64,000 nt of DNA from Octopus bimaculoides (lineage: Eukaryota). The stretch spans positions 116,238,210 to 116,302,209 of the forward strand of contig NC_068982.1 in the NCBI RefSeq assembly GCF_001194135.2. The letters run 5' to 3'. Positions within the stretch are counted from its first letter, which is position 1; every line of letters starts with the position of its first letter. Under the pieces are notes generated by a model, which worked only from the letters and a program-made list of their open reading frames with translations, had not been told where the DNA came from and searched no databases. A program made the position numbers and the translations under genes. Shown here in pieces: positions 24,931-38,108 of the stretch.

Positions 24931-25152
24931 ACGAACGGGTGCTGAAATTTTCCTGGATTTTGGTAAAAGAAAGTACAGGAGGATCAGTTAATTATTATGT
25001 TATTCAACATATTTCCCTCTCAGATCCATACACTTATTACAGTGGTCCTTCAGTTTTTTTCTAAGCCCCGTAAAAGAACTCGGAAGTTTGGGCTTCCAAT
25101 CAGACCTTTTGCGATACCCTTAAAGCCATGAACTTTTAAGCACTCCTTCGTA
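24931..25152 (-). mobile_element. Mariner-derived MITE, second copy
   Basis: TIRs acgaacgggtgctgaaattttcctgg / ccatgaacttttaagcactccttcgta; reverse homologue of 15148-15361. Confidence 0.75.
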
Positions 25153-25598
25153 TATGTTGAGAACTATGTTCATACATATACATGACTTAACCCGTCTCAG
25201 GCGTTGGTGGTTATAATTGTTTGCAGTGTAGTGTAGGCAAATATTTGTACATCAACACAATTTCATTCAGATGTCGATAGCTATGAAAAAATTTTAAATT
25301 GGCTTCAAATTTTGGCACAAGGTCTATAATTTAGGGAAATAGGGATAGTCGTTTACATTGACCCCAACGCTCAACTGGTACCTACGAAAGACAAAGTCAA
25401 AGCCGACCTCGATGGAATTTGAACTCAGATCGTAAAAACGGACGAAATTCCACAAAGCATTTTGCCTGATGCACTAACGATTCAGCCAGCTTTATTTAAT
25501 ATTAATTATAAAGAATAAAAAGTTTAGAATCGTATAACAATGCACTATAGAACAAAAAATGGACTATATACCTGTTGTAACTTGGTTATCTATAGTCC

Positions 25599-25635
25599 GA
25601 TGATATTTCGGAATTACAATTCCTTCTTCAGATCT
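25599..25635 (-). ncRNA. Minimal hammerhead ribozyme motif (left arm)
   Basis: AGAT CTGAAGA A GGAAT-TGTA-ATTCC GAAA TA TC ATC: intact core, perfect 5-bp stem II, palindromic AUAU helix III, only a 3-bp stem I. Confidence 0.65.
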
Positions 25636-25645
25636 TATTTGCTGG

Positions 25646-25696
25646 AGTCTCATAAGATCTGAAGAAGAAGTTGTCATTCCGAAATATCATCGGACT
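25646..25696 (+). ncRNA. Minimal hammerhead ribozyme motif (right arm)
   Basis: AGTCT(CATAA)GAT CTGAAGA A GAAGT-TGTC-ATTCC GAAA TA TC ATC GGACT: bulged 8-bp stem I; stem II has one mismatch. Confidence 0.65.
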
Positions 25697-27296
25697 ATAG
25701 ATAGCCAAGTTACAACAGGTATATAGTCCATTTTTTGTTCTATAGGGCATTGTTATACCATTCTGAACTTTTTATTCTTTACAAACAATACACAATGCTT
25801 CAAGCGAACTAAAATACTTTAATATTAATTAGTTACTTGTGCAAAATAGATCTAAATACAGATCACATATATAAAAGATAATTTCGCATATTTTGTCTCC
25901 ATAATTATTCCATTCATATCTAGGAAGATTTAATGGAATATAAATCATCCAAAGTTTTTGAATGATTAGTTTATCGATTCTGGAAATTGAAAGGCAAAGT
26001 TGACGTCCTCGAGGTTTGAACTTAGAATGTAAAGTACCTTACTTCAGGTATTCTGTCCAGTGTTCTAACGATTCTGCAAGTTCAATGCAAAAATTGGACT
26101 TTCGTCGATTATGCAACGGAATGACAATTGTGGAGATTTAATATCGCTTAATTTGATTCCAATACCGGCGCTGTCTATCATTACTCTAAATAATCTAATG
26201 ATTAGCCAGAACATAAACTGGAAGAATCCAAGGAAATGTCTGACAGGTCTGATACGTCTCAGATATTGAATACGATTTAGTGAAGTGATCTGACGGTGAT
26301 GAGGTAGGCGATCTGTATGTAGTGGAAGTGACCATAATGTTCTTTTTTATCATTGTTTAGCCTCACAACTGACCTCTTAGAGCAAACCTACGATCAGAGA
26401 TATTCCAGGAATGACACCTCAATAGTATATCACTAAGTGTATATTCTAAAGTATATATGTGATTTTTAAGGGAGATTTAGCTACTACTTCGAGCAGATTT
26501 AAAACTTGCGTAAAGGATCCTGTGTAGAATATAGTATATCGAGCATAACTAGTTACTGTTGGTATTTGTCTCGAACAGAAATATAATCAAAGCTATTTCA
26601 TCCTTAACCATCCCATAATTTTTGTTGGATATAATATTTCTAGGAATTGTAATTTGGTGGGTGAATTTGGTGGCTAGCTCTTGCAGGCCGAGAGACTGAT
26701 TGATTTCATTGCTGGTTCCGGAGAAATATAATTGTATGAAGTGACACAATGCTATCTCTATAATGGACATGAATTACTGCATAACTCACAGAATCATCAA
26801 CTTTGGATTTCCAGTCAAATCGATATTATTTAACTTTTTCTGCTAAGCATAAATGTCACAACATCACAAATTCGATCTGAATGTTTGTTATGGAGTAAAC
26901 TTATGATAAAGACGTCATCCAAGGTAGTCTAGCCTAAATGTTTGCTACCGTATTACAGAAATGGCACCGAAAGAAGTTAGTTTAGTCTGAATTCTTGTAG
27001 CGTAAACTCTGCTAAGGGCGTTATGAAAGTTTAGTTTTGAATGCTTGTTACAGAGAAAACTCTGTTAAAACCATCACCTAAGGTTGATACAAATAATTAG
27101 TTCGTTGAAGGTGATGCAATTACTCTTCATTTTGAATTGGTAAGCGATAGAAAGAAACTGAGTTTGTCGAATTCCCAAGATTTGGTTTCAATTCCTACCA
27201 TCATAAATGCTCAAGTGTACGCCATGAACGTCATATTTCCTGTTTGAAACTACTTAGTGCAAATATAATCAATAACAAATCGATATTTAGTTTGAA

Positions 27297-27503
27297 TTAA
27301 GGCAGCGAGCAGGCAGAATCGTTAGTATCTGGGCAAAATGCTTAGCGGCTTTTCGTCCGTCTTTTAGTTTTGAATTCAAATTCCGCCGAGATCGATTTCG
27401 CTTTCATCCTTTTGGGGTCGATAAAATAAGTACCAGTTGTGCACTGTAATCGGCTTACTCCTTCCTTGAACTTGCTGGCCTTGTGCCAAAATTTGAAATC
27501 AAT
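27297..27503 (+). mobile_element. SINE family C
   Basis: Homologous to 9026-9258. Confidence 0.8.
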
Positions 27504-27744
27504 ATTTAATTTGAATTGTTTGTCTACTGACTTATCATAAACGGCAGATACCCGAGTTAATTAAATATTTTATCACATTTAGTTTCAGCTCTCTACATTC
27601 TGTCTGTCTCTCACCTTTCTCTATCTCCCTCTCTCTCTCTTTTTTCTCTCTCCTTCTCTCTCCTCCTGTCCCCCTATCTTTGTTTAAGTTTCTAGATAAC
27701 AACACTCCTCGTACCTCATCGAATAATACTTTTAGATAATCGAA

Positions 27745-28270
27745 TCAAAGAAAGAGAGAAAAGGAAAACAGAGGGAGTAAAAGAGAGAAAGAAACAGAGA
27801 AAAGGAAAACAGAGGGAGTAAGAGAGAGAAAGAAAGAGAGAAAGAAAGGACGGGAGGAAGAAAGAAAGGAAGGAAGGAAGGAAAGAGGAAAGGAAAGAAG
27901 GAAGAAAGGAAAGAAGGAACGAAGGAAAGAAGGAAGAAAGGAAAGGCAGGAAAGAAGGAAGGAAAGAAAGATGAAGGAAGGAAAAAAGAAGGAAGGAAAG
28001 AAAGGAAGGAAGGAAGGGGAAAAAAGGAAAGAAAGAAAGAAAGAAAGAAAGAAGTAAGGAAGCAAGGAAAGAAGGGAAAAGGAAGGAAAGAAGGGAGAGA
28101 AAGAATAAAGGAAAGAAAGAAGGAAGAAAGGAAAGGAAGAAGGAAAAAGGAAGGAAGGAAAGAAAGAAGAAAGAAAGGAAGAAAGGAAGGAAGAGAAGGA
28201 AGGTAGAAAAGAAGGAACGAACGAACGAACGAACGAACGAACGGAAGAAGGAAGGAAAGAAGGAGAAAGA
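27745..28270. repeat. ~520-bp (GGAA/GAAA)n purine-rich low-complexity tract
   Basis: Direct reading. Confidence 0.97.
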
Positions 28271-28481
28271 AACTTAGATTCTACTGCTGTATAGGTTTTG
28301 ATTCTTTGAATCACAAGTAAATACCTCATGATTTCATGACCCTTACAAGCCAATGAAAGAGCTTTTCCGTTTTCCTTCTATCGTCTAGAAACAGTGGCTA
28401 AATTTCCCTGAGATCGCGACCAACATGAAAAAACGGAACAATACATTCCTAAATGTCCGTTCGATCATGACTGATATGTCA

Positions 28482-28869
28482 TGTTTTGGCACTCCGTCGC
28501 TTACGACGTCGAGGGTTCCAGTTGATCCGATCAACAGAACAGCCTGCTCGTGAAATTAACGTGCAAATGGCTGAGCACTCCACAGACACGTGTACCCTTA
28601 ACGTAGTTCTCGGGGTAGATTCAGCGTGACACAGTGTGACAAGGCTGACCCTTTGAATTACAGGCACAACAGAAACAGGAAGTAAGAGTGAGAGAAAGTT
28701 GTGGTGAAAGAGTACAGCAGGGTTCGCCACCATCCTCTGCCGGAGCCTCGTGGAGCTTTAGGTGTTTTCGCTCAATAAACACACACAACACCCGGTCTGG
28801 GAATCGAAACCGCGATCCTATGACCGCGAGTCCGCTACCCTAACAACCACTGGGCCATTGCGCCTCCAC
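28482..28869 (-). mobile_element. SINE family A, full length
   Basis: Near-identical to the reverse complement of 21295-21676. Confidence 0.93.
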
Positions 28870-29877
28870 CATGACTGGTATAAGGATAAACAAAAGCTAC
28901 ACCTATGCCACTTTTTATTTTCATTTATTATTTCTTTATGTGAAATCTACTTTTAGGTAGTCTTCGTGCTGTTCACTCTGTTACAGGCATTCGGAGCAAT
29001 GCTGTGGTACCCCTCCTCTCCACGCGTTCCCCTGCAAATCTACAAAACCTACAAATGTTCGAACTGAACATTAACCAGCCAGGAAATACAAACGAAAGTC
29101 AAGGACATAGCTCTGTCTCCCGTCATCCAATTTCTGTAGGTAGGAGAGAAGACAGTAATCATGACCTTCTTCCTCGCTCCCACAAGTGGGAAAGAGGAGG
29201 AAGGTATCTCAAACCCAACTAGCCTGAATGCTTGCAAAGAAGTTAATTTGTACTTGGGGCACCCAAGGTGCTGGGTAACGATGTAAAACAGAGCGACGAA
29301 TTAAGTCTACTGCCCAAGTTAATCGTAGCAGGAACTCGAAACACAGAGTTGGAATTTGTACCGTAAGGAATCTAGTCCAACATTTTAACAGTTCTACTAA
29401 TCTGCTTGGTTGGTACATATCTATCGGCCTGGAAAGGACGAAAAGTAAATTTGAACTCAGATACGGGATTTCAACTCAGAGAGTCGGAACAAACATCACT
29501 CGGTATTCTATCCAACGATCTAATGACTTGGCCAATTAGAAACTAACGATTACCTCCAGCACGCCGTCCTTAATCTTAATAATAATAAAATCGCAATGGT
29601 CACCGTTTGAACGTTTTGAACCGTAGGTCTTTCATCAGAGCTCATCTAGAGGTCAGCAATAACAAAGGTGAACAAGAAAAGAGAAATAAAAGATTCAAAA
29701 AGAACACTGTACAACACACAAAAACAACGTTGAACAATAACAAAATAATAACTGATAAGATATTTTGAAGAATTAATAGCATTTGGTTGACACCTGCTGC
29801 TGTCGACACCGGGTATTGGCCGGTTTGGGGGAATGCAGTTTGGCTATGGGATAAGTAGTAGCGATAACACTGGAAGT

Positions 29878-29918
<41 letters not shown>

Positions 29919-30109
29919 CAGTAGTAATAGTAGTGGTGGTGGTAGTGGTGCTAGTGGTATTTGTTGTAGTGGTAGTAGTAATGGAATATATCTGATTAGA
30001 GAAAATAGAAAAAGAATTGATAATATACTTAATTAGGTGTTCCAGGTATTATTGACGTTGATCAAGACTCACTTTTCACCTGTAAGTACAGCTCTATGTG
30101 TTCTAATGT

Positions 30110-30181
<72 letters not shown>

Positions 30182-30469
30182 ATGCATTCATACAGACCAC
30201 ATGATTCAGAGTTCTATCCCACTGTTCGGCACTTTGGGCAACTGGCTTCTACTATAAACTCGGGAGATCTTCTTCCCGAGAGAAATTTAGTAGACGGAAG
30301 CTGTGCATGATTCCACAGTATATGTGTGTGTGTGTGCGCGCGCGCACACGTGTGGTGTTTGCGTATGTGCGGGCATCTGTGTTTAATTTTACAGTCTAAA
30401 ACAGCTGTTCTTGGTTGTCTTTTCAAGTCTCGTAAATTAGCGGTCCGACAAATAGTGACGATAACAAGA

Positions 30470-30686
30470 ATCTATTCTACTCTAGGCACAAGGCCCGAAA
30501 TTTTGGGGGAGGGGGCCAGTCGATTAGATCGACTTCAGGATGCAACTGGTACTTAAATTATCGACCCCGAAAGGATGAGAGGCAAAGTCGACTCGGCGGA
30601 ATTTGAAACTCAGAACGTAAAGACAGACGAAATACCGTTAAGCATTTCGCCCGGCGTGCTAACGTTTCTACCAGCTCGCCGCCTTT
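30470..30686 (-). mobile_element. SINE family C
   Basis: Reverse homologue of 9026-9258; preceded by a degenerate family B copy (~30200-30470). Confidence 0.82.
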
Positions 30687-31304
30687 GAACGATAACCAGA
30701 AATGAAATAAGTATTGGGTTTGATGTGGTTTAGTAAACTCTTCAAGACAGTGTGCCAGTATGGCCATAGACCAATAATTGAAAGCTAAAAAAGTATATTA
30801 GCATATCGTTGCATACACTCGCACGCACGCGCACACGCATTGTTCGATGTTTTTNNNNNNNNNNNNNNNNNNNNNNNNNNNNNNNNNNNNNNNNNNNNNN
30901 NNNNNNNNNNNNNNNNNNNNNNNNNNNNNNNNNNNNNNNNNNNNNNNNNNNNNNNNNNNNNNNNNNNNNNNNNNNNNNNNNNNNNNNNNNNNNNNNNNNN
31001 NNNNNNNNNNNNNNNNNNNNNNNNNNNNNNNNNNNNNNNNNNNNNNNNNNNNNNNNNNNNNNNNNNNNNNNNNNNNNNNNNNNNNNNNNNNNNNNNNNNN
31101 NNNNNNNNNNNNNNNNNNNNNNNNNNNNNNNNNNNNNNNNNNNNNNNNNNNNNNNNNNNNNNNNNNNNNNNNNNNNNNNNNNNNNNNNNNNNNNNNNNNN
31201 NNNNNNNNNNNNNNNNNNNNNNNNNNNNNNNNNNNNNNNNNNNNNNNNNNNNNNNNNNNNNNNNNNNNNNNNNNNNNNNNNNNNNNNNNNNNNNNNNNNN
31301 NNNN

Positions 31305-31363
<59 letters not shown>

Positions 31364-31539
31364 TGTGTGTCTATGTGTGTGTTATAAAATTCGTTTTGAC
31401 TGGGATATATATATTATTATTTTTTTTGCCTGGCCCCTTAGTACTGAGTTTTGCCATCTGTAAATGTTCTGTTATTGTTCTTAGAATTGCTTTAAAATAA
31501 TAGTCTTAAATAATAATGATTTATCATTTTTACATCCAG

Positions 31540-33300
31540 TTCCAGTCTTGCGTGGGCTAGAAGGGCTCTTTCTTACAAGCCATCCGCCATTTGTTGCGTT
31601 CCTTAGTCATCTTCTTTGTAAGGTTCAGCATTCGAAAATCGGTCTTCACCCTTGGTCTTCCTCTTCTGCTGGTCTTCCTCTTCTGCTGGTCTTCCTCTTC
31701 TGTCATGGTCTTCCTCTTCTGCTGGTTGCGTATGCATGGATTTTCTAGCACTTCTACACTCACCTGACATCACCCATACGCATTACGTGTCCGTACAAGC
31801 TTAGCTGTCTGTCTTGTGCACGACGACTAATTCATTTTATAGCCAGCTTTTCTGTCAACTCTTCCGTATCTCGGCGTTCATGCACATTAACGTTGCTAAT
31901 TCAATATTCATGTTCGCTCCGTTTCTTTCCAATCTTCGCAAATCTTCTGTATTCTCTGCCCACATCTCACTACCATGCAGCATCGCGTTTCGTACGCAAA
32001 CATCGTACGATCCACCTTTGCTCGGAGAGAGAGAGAGGGGGGAGGAAGGAGAGCAAGAGAGAGAGGGAGGAATCCCTTTGTTGTCAGTAGATGTAATAAG
32101 CTCTCTGAAGTGTCTCCACTCTATTTTCATGCTGGCTTTTATGCTTTCAGAACAACCCTTTCCCTGCTAATTAAGTAGCTTAAGTAACAGAAGCCACCAA
32201 CCATTTCACTAGGGTCTTCTGAGCATTGCAAGAAATACATTTGACTGGTGCCCTATTACTTGATTGACTGTGCAGGTGACTAACTTGAGCCCTACTTTTC
32301 AACATCGCGACTAAATCAAATGGACTGGTTACTTTCCTCAACCTCGTGTCCTTAATGACCATTTTGACTGTATTTCAGTTGCTGGTCCATCTGTTCTGGA
32401 TACCTCGGGTAAGATCATCCTCCTCTAACAAATTTTCCACATCCAACAGTCTCTCGAAGTACCATTTCTAAACTTATTTCTACTCAGTCTCATTGAAAGA
32501 CAGTGCGCCACCGTCGTCCCGAATACACTGGTCCCCAGTATCTTGGTTCACTCTGACACTACCATGCAATCCAGAACACATGTCACCTCATATCCCTCCA
32601 ACACCGAACATAAGGAAACTTCCTTCTTTCGGCTTCCCTCCGTGCCATGAACTCTTGTCCAGCTTCTCTTCCTTCCACACACTACTGGTATTTGCTGCCC
32701 TTTTTCTTCCATTCTTTTCAAGCTGTCTTTCAGCTTTTATGGTATTGTCTACAGTTATATTCCACCTCCATATTACTCTTCATCAAGCTGAAGCCTTACT
32801 CCAGCCACAGCACTAGTCTTTAGCTTTCAGTGGGTTAACTTGTGAAAACTGCCAGTTGTCCCCTTCCTTCAGATTGTTTTTTGTCTCTTAGTCTAATTCT
32901 TATTCTGAAGTTTCTAATTAGTAGCCTATGTTGGGTGACATATATTCTTCACAAGAAAAAAAAACCCATTAGTCTATCTGGTTTGTAAGTTCACCTAACT
33001 GGAAGGTATCAAGCAGCTGGTCCGTTTCCTGTTGTTCGTGTTGCAGATGCCTTGATCCTCCTTCATGTCTTGAACCGTATCTCACAACACCATGTACAGT
33101 AGAGTAGCCATCAAATTGCTGCCGATCATGTCTATACAAGTCATTAACCATGATAATGATATCACTGTTATTTGTTATCGAGGCAGTTCACAAGAGAGCC
33201 TCGTAGAAGCAGCTCTTTCGTTCATCAGTTAGCCCCAATTGTAGTACGTAGGTAGAGGTAGCAGTTTCTGTTGCTTTACTTACAATTTGTCTAACCTTAA
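31540..33300 (-). mobile_element. RTE-clade LINE, fragmented (APE endonuclease remnant, RT C-terminus, 3' end)
   Basis: APE-like DERKSCFYEALL..SDIIIMVNDL..VHGVVRYGSR..NQID; VRNAMLHGSEMWAENTEDLRRLERN; GRPR..DFRMLNLTKKMTKERNKWR; 17-bp unit ggtcttcctcttctgct x4 at 31654-31723. Confidence 0.8.
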
Positions 33301-34774
33301 TTAATCAGTCACATATTCTGGTTACTTCAATTTCATCATCTAGCATTTTTCAGCCACTAGTATCTAGACCATCTAAACCAGCATTGTTACCTACTCAGAA
33401 GAATAGTGTTTCTTTTGTTTGAGAAGTATCTGGTTGGCTTCCTTTGTAAAGTATCCTAGCAAAGATCTCAATGAAATGAATTCATTTTAAGAATAATAAA
33501 ATAATGAAATTTAATGATGGCTGAAATGAAGGCCGCAAGATTGCTCAGTCAGTCTAAACAGTAACAGTAACGACAACAAAACAAATTTAAGATGAGCGAG
33601 AAAGCATGTAGGTATATGTCACTGTCTACACTTGGTTGATTGTTCCAGTATCCCCTTTCACTAACGGCTGCTCCATTCCGGACTCGCTACAGGGTCTCTG
33701 AGATGTACCTTCTTTGTGCTTCAACATACGCCTCCCAAAACAAATTGCAGCTTTATTGCTGGTTGTACCGGTATTGGGTGGAGACTGCAGTACATTTTTC
33801 AAACGAAGCCCTCTGCCTAAGGGCTGAACGGGTCTCTTGTTAGCCCACGCGACGGACGATGCGGTATGGTTATTTTTTCGAACCCTTTTCATATTGCAGG
33901 TTTTGGTGGTCTTATTCACGCCAAGCATCAAACTAGTATTTACACGCGAAATTCTCCAGTATTGAGGCATAGATTTCGCTCTAAGTGTCGGCGTCTCTTG
34001 TTTGTTATTTATGACTTGTTACATTCCTGCAACAGCTCAACTAAAGTTATTTCAATATTTCACCAGACAAATTTTTTCACGGTGCACTCCACGAAAACAT
34101 TCTCAAGAACAACTATCTGTAATAGGTTTTAAATGATTTACTTTATATATTCATTTTTCTCCTTTTTTGTGTGAAAAATCTCGAAGTGTGGTCCATAACA
34201 CTTAAAAAAAAAAAGAAAAGTTGGGGTGGGGGCATTCTATCCTTTTTTCAACATCTTCAGAAAGATAAGTAAGTAATAGTTGCACATATCAACATATATG
34301 CATCTGTTACACCCAAGAAGTATTATAGCCTTCTGTAGCTGTGTCAAGTTCCATGTCATGTCAGATGGAGGAAGAAAAAAATCTGCAACAGAAATATTAG
34401 TTTCCTTTCACTAGTTAATTATATGGATGTATTGCCGATCGAATTGAACTGAATATATTACCGATGGTTCTTTTATTGGCCCCCGGAGGAATAAAGACGA
34501 ACGAAAAGTTGATACAGCAGTATTCAGGTCAGAATGTTGAGCAGCAATGCTAATTGCAACGAATATTTTATTATGCTGCTCCACCATTTTCGTAAACTTA
34601 CCGCATTTTATTACCTAATGATTTCTAGCATGAGAACAGGGCTTCAAGTTTGGTGTGTGCTAAAAACGTTCGTTTCGCAATCACATTAGTTTCAGTTCGA
34701 TCCAATTGCACAAAACTTTGATCAATTGTGTCCTATCATACCAATGCAGAATTGAGTAGATGGAAACTTTGCAA

Positions 34775-34778
34775 ACCT

Positions 34779-34870
<92 letters not shown>
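34775..34870. repeat. (CT)n microsatellite
   Basis: Direct reading. Confidence 0.98.
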
Positions 34871-34875
<5 letters not shown>

Positions 34876-36827
34876 TCTCTATCTATCGATATATTTATCT
34901 ATCTACCTACCTATCTATCTTTGTGTGAGTGCATATATGGGTACATTTGTGTGTGTGTGCATGTGGATGTGTTTGTGTGTGGATGTGCATGTGTGTGGAT
35001 GTGCGTGTGTGTGTGTGCATGCGTGTGTGTATGTGCATGTAAGTTTGTGTGTGTGCGTACAAATATCATTGAGAAAGCTGAAAAATCTGTGCGATATTTG
35101 TTCTGCTCCGATTTCACAGATACTCCCTTGTCATGTTCGCTGTCAGAAATGCAATGAATAAGTGACTTGTTTGTAGGAAACCTTTAACCAATGACGTGAT
35201 TGTTCACAAATTGTAAAATAATACATAAATTAAAATTATTAAATAATTAAAAAGAAGTCGATTATATTACCTTCAGTACTTTCATTTTATCTTTTAGTCA
35301 GAAGGCAAAGTAGTGGTCATGACCCGTTACAGGGTCTCCAGGACTTGTAGAATGGAGGAAGATATTCTCAAACCGGAGACCTGGCTCGTATGCTTGTATC
35401 AGAAGGAATTCTGTTAAAAGCACCAAAGGCGTCAGGTGGTGGTTTTAAACTGTGCAGCAGGTTAAGCTGCTCTTTAGTAGGTCTCTAGTGCGATTTGAGC
35501 TCATTACGCTAAGAATCGAAATGAACATCACTAAATATTAGGTCCAATGTGTTTACCTTGAAAGGGTAAAAGGCAAAATTAACTTTGGTGGCATTTGAAC
35601 CTAGAACTCAGAGTGTCGAAGCAAATTCTACTAAGCATTCTGTCCAGCATTCTAATGATTTTTGCCAATTCACCGCCTTAATGGAGTTCTAGTTAGGGGG
35701 CCTGAAAGGATGAAAGACAAAGTTGGTTCCTGTGAGATTTTATTTTAGAATATAAAAAGATGTAACTTAATACAGCAAAGTATTTTGTGCCTCAGTTTAC
35801 CGAGTGCTCATAACTGTAGCGAGTAGCTGCATGATTTCTAAGCCCGGATTCGCAACTGAATCAACATTTTCGTACAAGTTCTCTGCCTATTGTTCTCGCC
35901 TGTTGTACTAGGACATTTATGAGAATAAACTGATCTCTTAACCTTTTCGAGTCATACATGAGTGAAAACTGATAACAGCCTGATCTAGTTTGGTTAGAAA
36001 GGATATAAATAAGCAGCCTCAAATTGGTTCGCTCTCTTTGGTCCCTTGCCCGCTGGTCAAAGGACATCTCTCTTTCCCACTTCAAGTATGGCCTTTCATC
36101 AACATAACTCTTAATCTATCTCTTACTCTTTCTGTCTCTAGTAGTCACTCACAGATGAAGCTAACTATCATACAGAACAGACTAAAGAAGAAAAAAACTG
36201 GCATCCCATCTGTTACGACGACAAGGTTTCTAGTCGATCCGATCAACGGAACAGCCTACTCGTGAAATTAATGTGTAAGTGGCTGAGCATTCCACAGACC
36301 CATGCACCCTTAATGTAATTCTCAGGAAGATTCAGTGTAACACAGAATGTGATAAGGCTGGCTTTTTGAAATACAGATACTATTCATTTTTGCAACTGAA
36401 TGGATCGCTGCAACGTGAAATAAAGTATCTTGCTCAAAAACACAATGCGCCGCCGGGGATCGAACCCACAACCTTTCGATTGCAACCGAATACCCTAAGC
36501 ACTAAGCTACGCGCATTCACACTATATAATAACAAATAACCTGTGTTATAACTTACTTTGTAACGACGATAATAACGATATAAATAAAGGGCCATCTCAA
36601 CAACCAGTTAAAACATTGTTCTCTCATATTTATTCGGTGTATATTACCACTACACATGATCGTTATAACTGGTGACCTCCGATGTTTATAAACTATTAAA
36701 ATTAGATCTTACACTTAACTGCTACAAACAGGTGACTTCCGACGTTCATTGATCGTTATACTTAATCATTACATATCAATTTGGCACTCGACCAGTACAA
36801 AAGAATTTACTTTGTGTTGGTGCTCAC

Positions 36828-36954
36828 CTGGAATGAGTTGAGCCCTAAGCAACCACTGAATCCACAGCATCGGGATCAGATGCCAACCACGCTCAGCGAT
36901 GACAGACTTGCGACTTAGACAGCATCTTCCAGTCGCGATTCCAACAGCGAACAC
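36828..36954 (-). other. Candidate 127-nt internal exon of an unidentified minus-strand transcript
   Basis: Strong acceptor ttttcgcattttAG and donor CAG|GTGAGC; CpG-retaining, non-repetitive; one open frame (VFAVGIATGRCCLSRK..), no recognised homology. Confidence 0.35.
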
Positions 36955-37163
36955 CTAAAATGCGAAAACCAGATATCGATTCAAGATGCCACTTGATTGT
37001 ACTAATACACGTATCACCATCTTCGTCTTTCTAAAAGATATTCTAGTGCAATTGTGTCGCGGTTGAGTTCGTCCCGTAGACGATAGCGTATATAACCAAA
37101 CAAATAGTGGTTTTTTTTTGTGTGCACGGAAGTAGTTTTTAAAGTACCGCATATATTACTAAT

Positions 37164-37287
37164 GTGGAGGCGCAATGGTCCAGTGGTTAGGGCAGCGGAC
37201 TCGCGGTTTCGAGTCCCAGACCGGGCGTTGAGTGTGTTTATTGAGCGAAAACACCTAAAGCTCCACGAGGCTCCGGCAGGGGATGGT
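37164..37287 (+). mobile_element. SINE family A, 5' part running into a gap
   Basis: Head matches 21295. Confidence 0.88.
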
Positions 37288-38050
37288 GGTGACCCCTGTT
37301 GTACTCTNNNNNNNNNNNNNNNNNNNNNNNNNNNNNNNNNNNNNNNNNNNNNNNNNNNNNNNNNNNNNNNNNNNNNNNNNNNNNNNNNNNNNNNNNNNNN
37401 NNNNNNNNNNNNNNNNNNNNNNNNNNNNNNNNNNNNNNNNNNNNNNNNNNNNNNNNNNNNNNNNNNNNNNNNNNNNNNNNNNNNNNNNNNNNNNNNNNNN
37501 NNNNNNNNNNNNNNNNNNNNNNNNNNNNNNNNNNNNNNNNNNNNNNNNNNNNNNNNNNNNNNNNNNNNNNNNNNNNNNNNNNNNNNNNNNNNNNNNNNNN
37601 NNNNNNNNNNNNNNNNNNNNNNNNNNNNNNNNNNNNNNNNNNNNNNNNNNNNNNNNNNNNNNNNNNNNNNNNNNNNNNNNNNNNNNNNNNNNNNNNNNNN
37701 NNNNNNNNNNNNNNNNNNNNNNNNNNNNNNNNNNNNNNNNNNNNNNNNNNNNNNNNNNNNNNNNNNNNNNNNNNNNNNNNNNNNNNNNNNNNNNNNNNNN
37801 NNNNNNNNNNNNNNNNNNNNNNNNNNNNNNNNNNNNNNNNNNNNNNNNNNNNNNNNNNNNNNNNNNNNNNNNNNNNNNNNNNNNNNNNNNNNNNNNNNNN
37901 NNNNNNNNNNNNNNNNNNNNNNNNNNNNNNNNNNNNNNNNNNNNNNNNNNNNNNNNNNNNNNNNNNNNNNNNNNNNNNNNNNNNNNNNNNNNNNNNNNNN
38001 NNNNNNNNNNNNNNNNNNNNNNNNNNNNNNNNNNNNNNNNNNNNNNNNNN

Positions 38051-38108
<58 letters not shown>

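Larger units (their letters stand above)
25510..25780. repeat. Long inverted repeat: 129-bp arms, 7 mismatches, 13-nt spacer; probable Penelope-like terminal remnant
   Basis: Arms at 25510-25638 and 25652-25780, compared by hand; 14-bp direct repeat TTTAATATTAATTA at 25495-25508 and 25818-25831 is a candidate TSD. Confidence 0.95.

Noticed and set aside
26549-26770. 73-aa minus-strand ORF as a host exon
   Set aside because: No recognisable homology and no convincing splice pair; the length is within chance expectation.
29608-29642. Hammerhead-like CTGATGA..AAAACGTT on the minus strand
   Set aside because: G12 is lost and stem I does not pair; at most a decayed PLE end.
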